Part shown: positions 28,412 to 37,728 of the stretch, in pieces
How the letters are laid out: every line of letters begins with the position of its first letter
How positions within the stretch are numbered: position 1 is the stretch's first letter
Assembly: GCA_965261935.1 (NCBI GenBank)
Contig: OZ253485.1
Location: forward strand, 1,304,388-1,368,387
Source: Dehalococcoidia bacterium
GTDB lineage: Bacteria > Chloroflexota > Dehalococcoidia > Lucifugimonadales > G963668185
DNA: 64,000 nt
Reading direction: 5' to 3'
Program-made: the position numbers and the translations under genes
The notes under the pieces: model-generated
The model's input: the letters and a program-made list of their open reading frames with translations, nothing else
Databases searched by the model: none
What the model was told of the DNA's origin: nothing

Positions 28412-28956
28412 ACGGCGGTGTAGGCAAGGTCCCGCTGTTCGATGAATTGATCCAGTATCTGGTAAGCGATTACCTGGTGCCGGTCACGGCCTTGATTGTG
28501 CTGCTTGGCCTGTGGTTCGCCGGAAGTAGCCCCTCGGACCGCGTCCGCAATCAGATCGGCATTTTCGTAGCGCTCTCTTCCATGGGCTTCTCCAGTCTGG
28601 CCGTTTACATCCTCAACGCGCTTTACGCGAGGCCGAGGCCATTCCTGGAGCATGACGTCGATCTCCTGTTCTATAGGCCCACAGACTCTTCGTTCCCTTC
28701 GAACCCCGTGGCTGCCACATTCGCCATAGCTTTCGGCGTGTGGCTCATCAACCGTCGCCTGGGAGTTGCGCTGATGGTGGGCGTGGCGGCGTACGGCTTC
28801 GCACGCGTCTATTCTGGTGTGCATTACCCCTTGGATGTCGCTGCGTCCATGGCCATTGGAATCGCTATGACACTGGCGGTCTCCTGGGCCGAGCGTCTGG
28901 TTCGCCCAATCCTGATAGCCGCCCTCAGACTGGCCCGCCTGTTCTGCGTGGCCTGA
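28375..28956 (+). CDS. PAP2-family phosphatase (variant C2 motif)
   Basis: C1-like LYARPRPF and C3 YSGVHYPLDV are present. The C2 position reads FPSNP instead of the usual PSGH. Confidence 0.7.
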   Translation: MAKADEQLFLWLNGGVGKVPLFDELIQYLVSDYLVPVTALIVLLGLWFAGSSPSDRVRNQIGIFVALSSMGFSSLAVYILNALYARPRPFLEHDVDLLFYRPTDSSFPSNPVAATFAIAFGVWLINRRLGVALMVGVAAYGFARVYSGVHYPLDVAASMAIGIAMTLAVSWAERLVRPILIAALRLARLFCVA

Positions 28957-29348
28957 AGTGCACTGGATCGGCCCGCACTGCGAGCAAACGTAAGAATTCG
29001 TAACAGATCTCTGCTAGGCCGGGTGCTCCTCTCAAACGATGAGGTGACAAACAGGGCCGGTCTGGTAGGCCCAGCTAGCCGGTGTCGTGAAATGTCCCCG
29101 AATGTCACAATGAAGAGGGGGACGCGACATCGGCGCGAAAGTACCAGCATGATTGCCGCCGGCGGTCCCGCTTGGGAAGTCTCCGAAGGCCCTGCCTGTC
29201 CCTCATCCGCGTCCAGCGCAAGAGAGCCGGCACCCATCCGGTACCCTCCCTTCCCTTGTCAGCGCAGGAAGTCTAGGATGAAGGGAGTTGCGGGCTACGC
29301 CGCCAAAGTACCAGAACGGGAACTCTGGAGATACGGAGGCCTTTCATC

Positions 29349-29951
29349 ATGAAGCGCAAGCGCCTGTTGACCGCCGCTGCCGTCGTTGTGCTGATATTGC
29401 TCGTAGTGGTGGGATGGTGGTTCCTTTCGCCGCTCTTCATAGACGACGTGGTTGACGAAGATTTCCCCCTATCCTACGGTGCGGAGTTGCCAGCCGGGAT
29501 GACGCAGCAGGAGGCCGAGGAACAGATGGTTGAGGCCGCCGCGGTCGACACACCGGTGGACGAAGAGATGCCGGAGCCGATGGCGAGCCCCGCGGCGCCC
29601 GTCAAAGTCAAGGTCGGCTCCTTCACGGACGCGGACCGGTTCCACAAGGGCAGCGGCAGCGCCACCATCTATCGGGGATCCGATGGGTCCCACATATTGC
29701 GGTTCGAGGACTTCAATGTCACCAACGGCCCCGCTCTGCACGTTATCCTGTCGCCTCATCCCAACGCTCGGAACAGCGCCGAAGTGCACCTGGAAGGCTA
29801 CATTGATCTCGGAGATCTCAAGGGCAACGTCGGCAATCAGAACTACGTGCTGCCCTCCGACCTGGACGTAACTGGAATCGGCAGTGTCATCATCTACTGC
29901 CAGCCATTCAGCGTGGTGTTCAGCGTGGCGCCGCTCCGGGACGCAGGGTAA
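29349..29951 (+). CDS. DM13-domain protein with N-terminal membrane anchor
   Basis: TM anchor LLTAAAVVVLILLVVVGWWFL, then FHKGSGSATIYRGSDGSHILRFEDFNVTNGPALHVIL, typical of DM13. Confidence 0.65.
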   Translation: MKRKRLLTAAAVVVLILLVVVGWWFLSPLFIDDVVDEDFPLSYGAELPAGMTQQEAEEQMVEAAAVDTPVDEEMPEPMASPAAPVKVKVGSFTDADRFHKGSGSATIYRGSDGSHILRFEDFNVTNGPALHVILSPHPNARNSAEVHLEGYIDLGDLKGNVGNQNYVLPSDLDVTGIGSVIIYCQPFSVVFSVAPLRDAG

Positions 29952-29976
29952 GACTCCAAGGAGAATAGGGTGCAAC

Positions 29977-30183
29977 ATGTCCGCTGACGATTTCAGAGAT
30001 GAGGACAACCTGTTTGATATTGTTCGGGGCCGGTACTGCGATGGACTGAGCGCCGAAGAACTGGAACAGGTGCGCGACGGCGTCCGGGAAGTGCTGAAAC
30101 AGGCAGAGGCCCTCGCGGCCGTCAAGCTGGACATGTCCGCGGAGCCGGGACCTCTGTTTAGGCCATACTCAGCAAATGAGTGA
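29977..30183 (+). CDS. Small GatC/AtzG-like protein preceding an amidase
   Basis: 68 aa ending ...AEPGPLFRPY. It overlaps the amidase start by 8 nt. ATG 29977 follows AAGGAGAA. Confidence 0.5.
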   Translation: MSADDFRDEDNLFDIVRGRYCDGLSAEELEQVRDGVREVLKQAEALAAVKLDMSAEPGPLFRPYSANE

Positions 30184-31582
30184 AGACATAGTTTTCCTGC
30201 CGGTCCGCAAGCTTGCCGCGCTTATTCGCACGCGCCAGGTATCCCCAGTCGAAGTTGCCAGCACCTTCTTGGACCGCTTGGACACGCTCGGCCCGCACTA
30301 CAACGCAGTTGTTACGGTTACCCGCGATCGGGCACTCGCTCAGGCGAAGCGTGCGGAGGCCGAGATCGCGGGCGGACGGTACCGTGGCCTGCTGCACGGC
30401 ATACCCTACGGAGCCAAGGACCTTCTGGCAACGTCCGAAGGCATCCCAACAACGTGGGGTGCCGCTCCTTACAGACACCAGGTCTTCGATTACGACGCCA
30501 CAGTGGTCCGGAAGCTCGAAGACGCCGGGGCGGTGTTGGTAGCGAAGCTGGCCATGGTAGAGCTGGCTGGAGGTATGGGGTACAAGAGCGCGGACGCATC
30601 GTTCACAGGGCCGGGAATCAATCCCTGGAATATAACGACTTGGTCCGGTGGTTCTTCGAGCGGGCCCGGCTCAGCAGTAGCCGCTGGCCTCGTCCCATTC
30701 GCCATAGGTTCGGAGACATGGGGGTCAATACTCTGCCCATCCGCCTTCTGTGGCCTCTCGGGCCTGAGGCCCACGTACGGCCGGGTCAGCCGCCACGGCG
30801 CCATGGCTCTAAGCTGGACGCTCGATAAGCTAGGGCCGATGTGCATGACGGCGGATGACTGCGGCATAGTGCTCCAGTCGATCGCAGGCCACGATCCAAA
30901 CGACGCCTCCACGTCCACGCGTCCCTATATTTACGAGGAGGCGGTCTCCGGCGATGGGAGGCTCAGGCTTGCGTTCTTCTCTGGCGCCTTGGAAAGTGCC
31001 CAGGAAGCTGTACGAAGTAACTTCCAGAACGCCCTGCAAGACCTCGGGTCTGTGGCGGACATTGAGGAAGTCGTGCTCCCCGAGTATCCGTACGTGGAGA
31101 TGAACTCGACCATCCTCAACGCGGAAGCCTCGGCCGCGTTCGACGACTTCCTCGCAGCGGGCCTGTCCCACGAGTTGAGAGGCATAGGCTGCAAGTACAA
31201 CGGCTTCGCAGGGACCGCTGTCCTCGCGAAGGACTACCTCAAGGCGCTTCGCCTAAGAGAGGTTCTCGGCCGCGAGATCGACGCTCTGCTCGCCCCTTAC
31301 GACACCGTGGTTGCTCCCTCCGTGACCCAGGTCGCGGATGACGTGGACAAGGTCTGGGGCCGGGACGAGGACGAGTTCGGCCCTGATCTTACCGGCGCCA
31401 TCGGAAACGGACTTGGACTGCCTTCAATTTCCGTGCCCAACGGCTTTGACGGCCACGAGCTCCCCACAGGAATCCAGTTCATGGGCAGGACTTACCACGA
31501 GAACTCGGTCTTAGCGGCCGCTAAGGCGTTCCAGTCGGTAACCGACTGGCACACGAAGCACCCCACCGAGTTGACCGACTAG
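30176..31582 (+). CDS. Amidase-signature family amidase (GatA-like)
   Basis: Amidase signature GGSSSGPGSAVAAGLVPFAIGSETWGSI and GAKDLL. Confidence 0.85.
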   Translation: MSEDIVFLPVRKLAALIRTRQVSPVEVASTFLDRLDTLGPHYNAVVTVTRDRALAQAKRAEAEIAGGRYRGLLHGIPYGAKDLLATSEGIPTTWGAAPYRHQVFDYDATVVRKLEDAGAVLVAKLAMVELAGGMGYKSADASFTGPGINPWNITTWSGGSSSGPGSAVAAGLVPFAIGSETWGSILCPSAFCGLSGLRPTYGRVSRHGAMALSWTLDKLGPMCMTADDCGIVLQSIAGHDPNDASTSTRPYIYEEAVSGDGRLRLAFFSGALESAQEAVRSNFQNALQDLGSVADIEEVVLPEYPYVEMNSTILNAEASAAFDDFLAAGLSHELRGIGCKYNGFAGTAVLAKDYLKALRLREVLGREIDALLAPYDTVVAPSVTQVADDVDKVWGRDEDEFGPDLTGAIGNGLGLPSISVPNGFDGHELPTGIQFMGRTYHENSVLAAAKAFQSVTDWHTKHPTELTD

Positions 31583-31622
31583 CCGGCATTGCTTCCTGTT
31601 CGTTGGTTTTCTAGGAGTAACC

Positions 31623-33011
31623 ATGTCCGATAGCAGTCAGTACGACTTGGTTATCGCCAATGGCAGAGTGATGGACCCAGAGAGCGGGCTGGACGCCGTT
31701 CGCGACGTAGGCATCGCGGATGGGGTGATCCGGATAATCCAACCCGGAAGCCTGCGGGGCCATGAGACTATCGACGCCCACGGGCTTGTAGTCGTGCCGG
31801 GCTTTGTGGACCTGCACTCTCACGGTCAGGACGACGAAAACTACCGCATCCAGGCGTTGGATGGCGTCACCACCGCACTCGAGTTGGAGGTGGGCACGCT
31901 AGACGTGGACGCCTGGTACGCTGAACGCGAGGGTCAGGCCGTCATCAACTACGGCGTGAGCGCGGGTCACATCCCGGCCCGCATCGAAGTAATGGACGAT
32001 CCCGGAGACTTCCTGCCTGTCTCTGACGGCGCCCGGAAGGAAGCCTCTGACGGCGAGATAGCAGCAATGGTCGGCCATTTGGAGAAGGGACTCCGCAGCG
32101 GCGCGCTCGCCGTGGGATTCGGGCTTCAGTACACGCCCGGAGCCTCACGTTGGGAGGTATTGGAGGTGTTCCGTGCAGCGGCGCGGCACAGCGCCTCGTG
32201 TCACGTCCACATGCGTGGCATGGGCCACCGCGAGCCTTTGAACAGCATCGAGGGACTTGTCGAGATCGTCGCCGCATCCGCCGTCACCGGGGCCCCTTTG
32301 CACGTCGTGCACATTCAGAGCAGCGGAATGCGGGCCACTGCGCGTCTGCTCCACATCATCGAAGAGGCGCGCGAACGCGGCATCGACGTCACTACGGAGT
32401 GCTACCCATACACGGCTGGCCTCACGGCGATAGACTCAGCGATCTTCGATGAAGGTTGGCAGAGGAAGTTGGGTATCGGCTACGGAGACCTGGAGTGGGT
32501 GGCCACAGGGGAAAGGCTCACACAGTCGACCTTTGCCCGGTACCGTGAGGAGGGAGGCCTTGTGATTGCCCACATGATCCCACAGGAGGCCGTAGAGGCC
32601 GCCGTCACCAGCCCCCTGACCGCCATTGCGACCGACGACCACATGAAGAACGGCAGGGGACACCCGCGTACCGCCGGCTCATACTCGAGAGTGCTCGGCC
32701 GTTTCGTGCGCGAGGCTGGGACGCTCTCACTCATGGACGCGATCGAAAAAATGACCCTGATGCCGGCGCGCCGTCTCGAACAGCGGGCTCCGGCGCTTGC
32801 CCGCAAGGGCCGAGTAGCCGTTGGAGCCGACGCCGATCTGGTCGTGCTCGATCCCCAGACTGTAATCGACACCGCGAGTTACCAGGAGCCCTCCAAGCCG
32901 CCGAAAGGCATTGGGTACGTGATCGTCGGCGGGAACCCCGTTGTGGATAACGGCCGAATGCGCCCCGGCGTCGCTCCCGGCACCGCAGTGCGCGCGCCTG
33001 TAAGTCCCTAG
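31623..33011 (+). CDS. Amidohydrolase-superfamily enzyme (N-acyl-D-amino-acid deacylase-like)
   Basis: DLVIANGRVMDP...VVPGFVDLHSHGQ metal-binding motif and a C-terminal ADLVVLDP segment. Confidence 0.75.
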   Translation: MSDSSQYDLVIANGRVMDPESGLDAVRDVGIADGVIRIIQPGSLRGHETIDAHGLVVVPGFVDLHSHGQDDENYRIQALDGVTTALELEVGTLDVDAWYAEREGQAVINYGVSAGHIPARIEVMDDPGDFLPVSDGARKEASDGEIAAMVGHLEKGLRSGALAVGFGLQYTPGASRWEVLEVFRAAARHSASCHVHMRGMGHREPLNSIEGLVEIVAASAVTGAPLHVVHIQSSGMRATARLLHIIEEARERGIDVTTECYPYTAGLTAIDSAIFDEGWQRKLGIGYGDLEWVATGERLTQSTFARYREEGGLVIAHMIPQEAVEAAVTSPLTAIATDDHMKNGRGHPRTAGSYSRVLGRFVREAGTLSLMDAIEKMTLMPARRLEQRAPALARKGRVAVGADADLVVLDPQTVIDTASYQEPSKPPKGIGYVIVGGNPVVDNGRMRPGVAPGTAVRAPVSP

Positions 33012-33029
33012 ACTCATCGCGCAGCCTGT

Positions 33030-33575
33030 CTAGGGCTCTTGGTTCTGCCGAAGAATCTCGAACATCTCCTGCAATGGCGCCGGCGGATATCCAAGCGTGG
33101 CCGCTGTGTCTAGGTCCTCCTGCGCTTTCGCCATGTTGCCATTCAGCGCGTGTGCAACGGCGCGAGAAGCGTAAACTTCCTGGGATTCGCCGCCGATTCG
33201 AAGCGCTGCCGTGAAGTCTTCCACCGCCGCATCCAGCTCTCCCAGCCTCATCAGGATTTCTCCACGTTCCACATATGCCCAGACCACGTCCGGGGAGCGT
33301 TCGATATCATCAGTGAGGGCAAGGACTGCGCCGCTCAGCTCGATACGCTCCCGGTTCGAGATTCCAACGGGATTGTCGTCTGTCGAAGGCGTTGCGGTGC
33401 TGGGTGTAGGTTGGGCCAGGATCGTTGGTGTAGCCGTAGCTCCCAGCTCGACCCGCCTGGTCGGCACCTGGTCTGTAGGAAAGGACGGCATGACGGGCCC
33501 AACCTCTTTCCCATCGCCGCCGCACCCAAGCGTGAGTAGCCCGACTGCAAGGGAAACTGCCGCCCCCTGAAGCAT
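33030..33575 (-). CDS. TPR-repeat lipoprotein
   Basis: Lipobox LLTLGCGG. TPR-like helices AYVERGEILMRLGELDAAVEDFTAAL and YASRAVAHALNGNMAKAQEDL. Confidence 0.6.
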   Translation of the reverse strand: MLQGAAVSLAVGLLTLGCGGDGKEVGPVMPSFPTDQVPTRRVELGATATPTILAQPTPSTATPSTDDNPVGISNRERIELSGAVLALTDDIERSPDVVWAYVERGEILMRLGELDAAVEDFTAALRIGGESQEVYASRAVAHALNGNMAKAQEDLDTAATLGYPPAPLQEMFEILRQNQEP

Positions 33576-33698
33576 CCGGATACGAAACTGCGCTTCGGTC
33601 CGCCGCTTGCATAGCACGCCGTTTTCCACCTCTGTCTAGGACTGCGCCGGAGTTTACAGGAATCGGCGCCGGTGCCAGGCTGCCCCGGTCGGGCTAGA

Positions 33699-35954
33699 AT
33701 GCCGGGACCATCCTTTCATTTGGGTCAATTTGTGACTGAAGGCCTTCGGACGCTTCTGAAGTCGCGGTTTGGTCATGACCGGTTCCTGCCGATGCAAGAA
33801 CAGGTCATCCACAACGTGTTGCGCGGGCATAATTCCATCGTGTTGATGCCCACGGGAGGTGGAAAGTCCCTTTGCTATCAACTTCCGGCCCTCTGCCTGG
33901 AAGGTCTGACACTAGTTGTCTCCCCGTTGATCGCGCTGATGAAGGACCAGGTCGATGCCCTGAATAGGCGCGGAATTCCTGCTGGCTTCATTAACAGTGC
34001 AATGGCCCCTGACCATTCGCGTCGTGTAGCGAGAGAAGCGCGGGATGGTCAGCTGAAGCTCCTGTACGTTGCGCCCGAACGAATAGCGATGCCTCGCTTC
34101 CGACAGTTTCTACTCGGGCTGAATGTCGGGCTGATTGCGATCGACGAAGCCCACTGCATCTCGGAGTGGGGGCACGACTTCAGACCGGACTACCGCAACC
34201 TCCAGTCCTTACGGGCCGACTTTCCAACCTTGCCCACAATCGCGCTTACGGCGACAGCTACGGAAAGGGTCCGGAACGACATCGCTGAAGTCCTTCTCAT
34301 GAATGACGCTGAGCATTTCACGGCCAGCTTCAACAGACCCAACCTGACTTACACAGTCAGGCGCAAAGGGTCCGAATTTGAGGACCTCGTCAGACTCTTG
34401 GCAGACATCCAGGGCGGCTCCGCAATCGTATACCGCTTCTCCCGCAAGGGCACTGAGGATCTTGCCTTGCGGCTTTCAGAACGAGGAATTCGTGCGTTGG
34501 CGTATCACGCCGGGCTGGACAACGACGTGCGTCGGGAGAATCAGGAGAAGTTCCTTCACGACGAAGTCATAGTCATAGTGGCAACGATTGCATTCGGAAT
34601 GGGCATTGACAAACCGAACGTTAGGGTGGTCGTGCACTACGACCTGCCCAAGACCATTGAAGGTTACTACCAGGAGACCGGCCGGGCCGGCCGAGACGGC
34701 CTCCCCAGCGAGTGCGTCCTCTATTACTCCTACGGCGACAAGAGAAGCCAGGAGTACTTCATTAGGCAGATAGAAGACGAGGCCCAGCGCCGACACGCCA
34801 CTCAGAAACTCGACCTCATGGTGAGGTACGCAGAGAGCAGGACCTGTCGGCGCGCATTTTTGCTTGATTACTTCGGCGAGAGGTGGAAGGACGGCAACTG
34901 CAGCGCCTGCGACGCGTGTGTGGACAAGTCGGAACTGCCAGCGGGCTGGGAAGTTTACGACGGCACTGACATAGCTCAGAAGATCCTTTCCGCCGTTATC
35001 CGCACAGGGGAGCGGTTTGGAACAGAGTACATCGTTTCCCTTCTCAGGGGCAGTCGAGCGCAACGGGTGTTGCAACAGGGGCACGACCAGTTGCGAGTAT
35101 ATGGCAGCGCTCGCGAAATCCCGAAGGCCGAACTCAAGGAGTCTGTGCATCAGTTAGTCGACAAGGGCCTGCTGGCCCGTAGGGACGGCGACGATCTTCC
35201 TACACTGTTTGTTGCTACTTTGGGCAGACAGTTCTTGGCCAACCGTGAGTCCGTGACGCTGGCGAGGCCCTCAACGCAGCTGGACCAGGGGCCGCAGCCT
35301 CAAGACACCGAACTTTTCGCAAGACTGCGAGCGCTCCGCAATTGCATCGCTGATGACATAGGCGTTCCGGCGTATGTTGTCTTCGGCAACGCAGCGTTAG
35401 AGCAAATGGCCACCCGTATGCCCACGGACACTGCAGCCATGTTACGCATCAAGGGCGTTGGCTCGTCAAAGCTGGCCCAATATGGCCCAGCCTTCCTCGC
35501 GGCAGTCCGCGATCATGTCACTACAAGTCAACGCACAGATGCGGCGCATCCTTCCGACAGTTCTGCCTCAGCGGACTGCACGCTAACAGATGCCCCACAA
35601 GGGCCGACCAACTCCGGCTACCAGGTCTACGTGGAAAATCTCTTGAGCCGTTTGGCGGACCACCCTGTCAAGCTAGCGGCAAAGACCCCGGGATGGGAGC
35701 ACATCCTGAGAAGCAAGGTGGAAGGCATCCTCGCCGCTCTGCCCAACCGCGAAGCCGCGGTCCTTAGGCTCAGGTTCGGCCTTGGGGACGGTAGCGTGAA
35801 GAGCCTGGGAGAGATCGGCACGATCTTTAGCACGCCCGGAGAGCGCGTCCGACAGATCGAAGAGAAGGCGTTGAGTAGGCTCAGACAGCCGAGCCGATTC
35901 ACCGAGTTCGAGAAGCTGATGGATGAGCGCGGGGTCAACAGGAACCTGACTTAG
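33699..35954 (+). CDS. recQ: ATP-dependent DNA helicase RecQ with an extra C-terminal sigma-70 region-4-like domain
   Basis: MPTGGGKSLCYQLPA, IDEAHCISEWGHDFRPDY, Zn motif CRRAFLLDYFGE..CSACDAC, HRDC (LRALRNCIADDIGVPAYVVFGN). The C-terminus then reads REAAVLRLRFGL...GERVRQIEEKALSRLRQPSR. Confidence 0.9.
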   Translation: MPGPSFHLGQFVTEGLRTLLKSRFGHDRFLPMQEQVIHNVLRGHNSIVLMPTGGGKSLCYQLPALCLEGLTLVVSPLIALMKDQVDALNRRGIPAGFINSAMAPDHSRRVAREARDGQLKLLYVAPERIAMPRFRQFLLGLNVGLIAIDEAHCISEWGHDFRPDYRNLQSLRADFPTLPTIALTATATERVRNDIAEVLLMNDAEHFTASFNRPNLTYTVRRKGSEFEDLVRLLADIQGGSAIVYRFSRKGTEDLALRLSERGIRALAYHAGLDNDVRRENQEKFLHDEVIVIVATIAFGMGIDKPNVRVVVHYDLPKTIEGYYQETGRAGRDGLPSECVLYYSYGDKRSQEYFIRQIEDEAQRRHATQKLDLMVRYAESRTCRRAFLLDYFGERWKDGNCSACDACVDKSELPAGWEVYDGTDIAQKILSAVIRTGERFGTEYIVSLLRGSRAQRVLQQGHDQLRVYGSAREIPKAELKESVHQLVDKGLLARRDGDDLPTLFVATLGRQFLANRESVTLARPSTQLDQGPQPQDTELFARLRALRNCIADDIGVPAYVVFGNAALEQMATRMPTDTAAMLRIKGVGSSKLAQYGPAFLAAVRDHVTTSQRTDAAHPSDSSASADCTLTDAPQGPTNSGYQVYVENLLSRLADHPVKLAAKTPGWEHILRSKVEGILAALPNREAAVLRLRFGLGDGSVKSLGEIGTIFSTPGERVRQIEEKALSRLRQPSRFTEFEKLMDERGVNRNLT

Positions 35955-36308
35955 GAATTCGCAGCCTCCGGCAAGCAGCGACGTTGGATATGGTGCGGCA
36001 CGGACACTACGTGGCCGAGACCGCAGAGTTAGTAGAAATCGCGCAAGAGACCATACTCTCGCATCCGGAGCGACTATCTGACGACGGTGGGAGGTTTGAC
36101 GTCTCACATCTTCTCCCCACAGGACATCGCTACATGCGAGACGCCGCGTGCCATCCAAGCCTCGCCGCCTCCAAGCTGCTTCTAAGGTACTGAACGAGTA
36201 CAGGGAATTGACCACTTGAGGTGGCATAACCGACAATAGTTGAGGCACATCCGGCACCCGGAACGGTGCATCCAGTTTCCCGGCAACAGACGAAAGAAGG
36301 GTATCAAA

Positions 36309-37262
36309 ATGCCGTCACGAGACATCATCAGCCGCTTGGAAGATGGCGAGAAAATTCTCATGGACGGGGGAACCGGCTCCGAGATTCACCGTCGCGGCGT
36401 TGACGTTATGGTTGGATCCAGCACGACCGTGCTAGGCCCTTGGTCGGCAACCGCCAACGTGGAAGCTCCTGACGTGGTGCAGCAGATTCATGCCGACTAT
36501 CTTCGAGTAGGCGCGGACATCGTGACCACAAACACCGTCTTCACGACTCCGACCCGCATGGCTATCGGCGGTCTTGAGGACCGGTGGCGAGAGTACGCTA
36601 CGTCGGGCGGATTGAACGCCGTCAAGGCACGCGACGCCGCGAACAGCGAGGCTTACGTGGCTGCAGGAATGGCTACACCTTGGGTGTGCGGTATGACGGG
36701 TGACAGACTGTCAGATGTCCAACATATGGGTGAGCCTGCCCTCAAGGCCGAGTTCTCCGAGCTTTCGGAGGCGGTCGCAGAGGCTGGCGTAGACATAATG
36801 CTCCCGGAGTTCATTGGATACGTAGACGACTGTGTCGCCGCGGTGGACGTGGTCGCGGAGTTTGAGCTTCCGGTGTTTTTGGGAGTCCGACAGATACAGC
36901 CGGATGGCACGATGGTTTCGGGCGAGACGATGGACCAACTTGCGGCGGCGTTAAAGGGACACCCGGTCGACGCTGTCCTGCTGATGTGCTGTAACCCGGA
37001 GGCCATTTCGGCCGGACTTCCGAGGCTTCGCGACGCGTTCAGCGGCGCCATCGGCGCATATCCGAACATCGGCTACAACCCGTTGGCGCGCCTGCGGGGC
37101 ACCAGTGCCGACGATTTCTTTGGTCTGGTCCCCAACCCCCCGTCCCGGCTCGCCCAGTATGCGAACGACTGGTTGGATATGGGCGCTCAGATCGTGGGCG
37201 GCTGCTGTGGTACCGGGCCTGAACACATCATGGCTATGCGGAAAGTTGTCAAGGGCTGGTAG
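36309..37262 (+). CDS. Homocysteine S-methyltransferase family protein (paralogue of 9518..10489)
   Basis: ILMDGGTGSEIHRRG ... GGCCGTGPEHI. It is collinear with the first copy. Confidence 0.8.
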   Translation: MPSRDIISRLEDGEKILMDGGTGSEIHRRGVDVMVGSSTTVLGPWSATANVEAPDVVQQIHADYLRVGADIVTTNTVFTTPTRMAIGGLEDRWREYATSGGLNAVKARDAANSEAYVAAGMATPWVCGMTGDRLSDVQHMGEPALKAEFSELSEAVAEAGVDIMLPEFIGYVDDCVAAVDVVAEFELPVFLGVRQIQPDGTMVSGETMDQLAAALKGHPVDAVLLMCCNPEAISAGLPRLRDAFSGAIGAYPNIGYNPLARLRGTSADDFFGLVPNPPSRLAQYANDWLDMGAQIVGGCCGTGPEHIMAMRKVVKGW

Positions 37263-37485
37263 CTTGGCAATCGAGCGACAAGCCGTCTCTTTCTCTTAGC
37301 CGGCCCGCAAGGCCTCCCGCCCCGAACGCATTGCCCTTCGTGAGCCCGCCAATCGCCACGACACTTCGCGTACCTGCCTGAGTGGCTTCAAGCTCGGCCC
37401 AATGTGCTATACTTCGCTACGCCCGTGCGACCCAGGCCTCCCTCAGGGCGCGGCGGAATTAGGCACAGGCAAAACAGGAGGACGC

Positions 37486-37680
37486 TTGGCTTTCGTCACG
37501 CTACGGGAAGGCGAAGACACTGAAGGCCTCGTAAAGCGGTTTCAGTCCCAGATGCAGCGCTCAGGAATACTGCGCGAGCTCCGCGAGCGGCGCTACTTCC
37601 GCTCCAAAGGTGAGCAGACCCGCATCGACCGTCAACGCAGCATCCGTCGCCTCAGACGGCGTCGACGCCGCAATCGCTAG
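37486..37680 (+). CDS. rpsU: 30S ribosomal protein S21
   Basis: TTG 37486 lies 4 nt after CAGGAGGA. Sequence ...VTLREGEDTEGLVKRFQSQMQRSGILRELRERRYFRSKGEQTR... has a basic tail. Confidence 0.8.
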   Translation: MAFVTLREGEDTEGLVKRFQSQMQRSGILRELRERRYFRSKGEQTRIDRQRSIRRLRRRRRRNR

Positions 37681-37728
37681 ACCCTCCATCTCGTAAACCG
37701 GCCCAACCCTCCAGGCAGGAGGGCTACA

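Noticed and set aside
28957-29348. The 390-bp gap before the DM13 gene as a riboswitch or small gene (ORFs 28824..29237 on the minus strand and 29023..29352 on the plus strand)
   Set aside because: No riboswitch core motifs recognised by eye (B12 box, TPP, guanidine, c-di-GMP). The ORFs are Arg/Pro/Ser-rich with no SD. The region contains a degenerate copy of the intergenic repeat family.
33694-33701. TAGAAT at 33694..33699 as a -10 element implying a leaderless or shorter recQ
   Set aside because: The RecQ N-terminal region (LKSRFGHDRFLPMQEQVI) must be included in the protein. A start downstream of this hexamer would delete motif 0, so the match is probably fortuitous.
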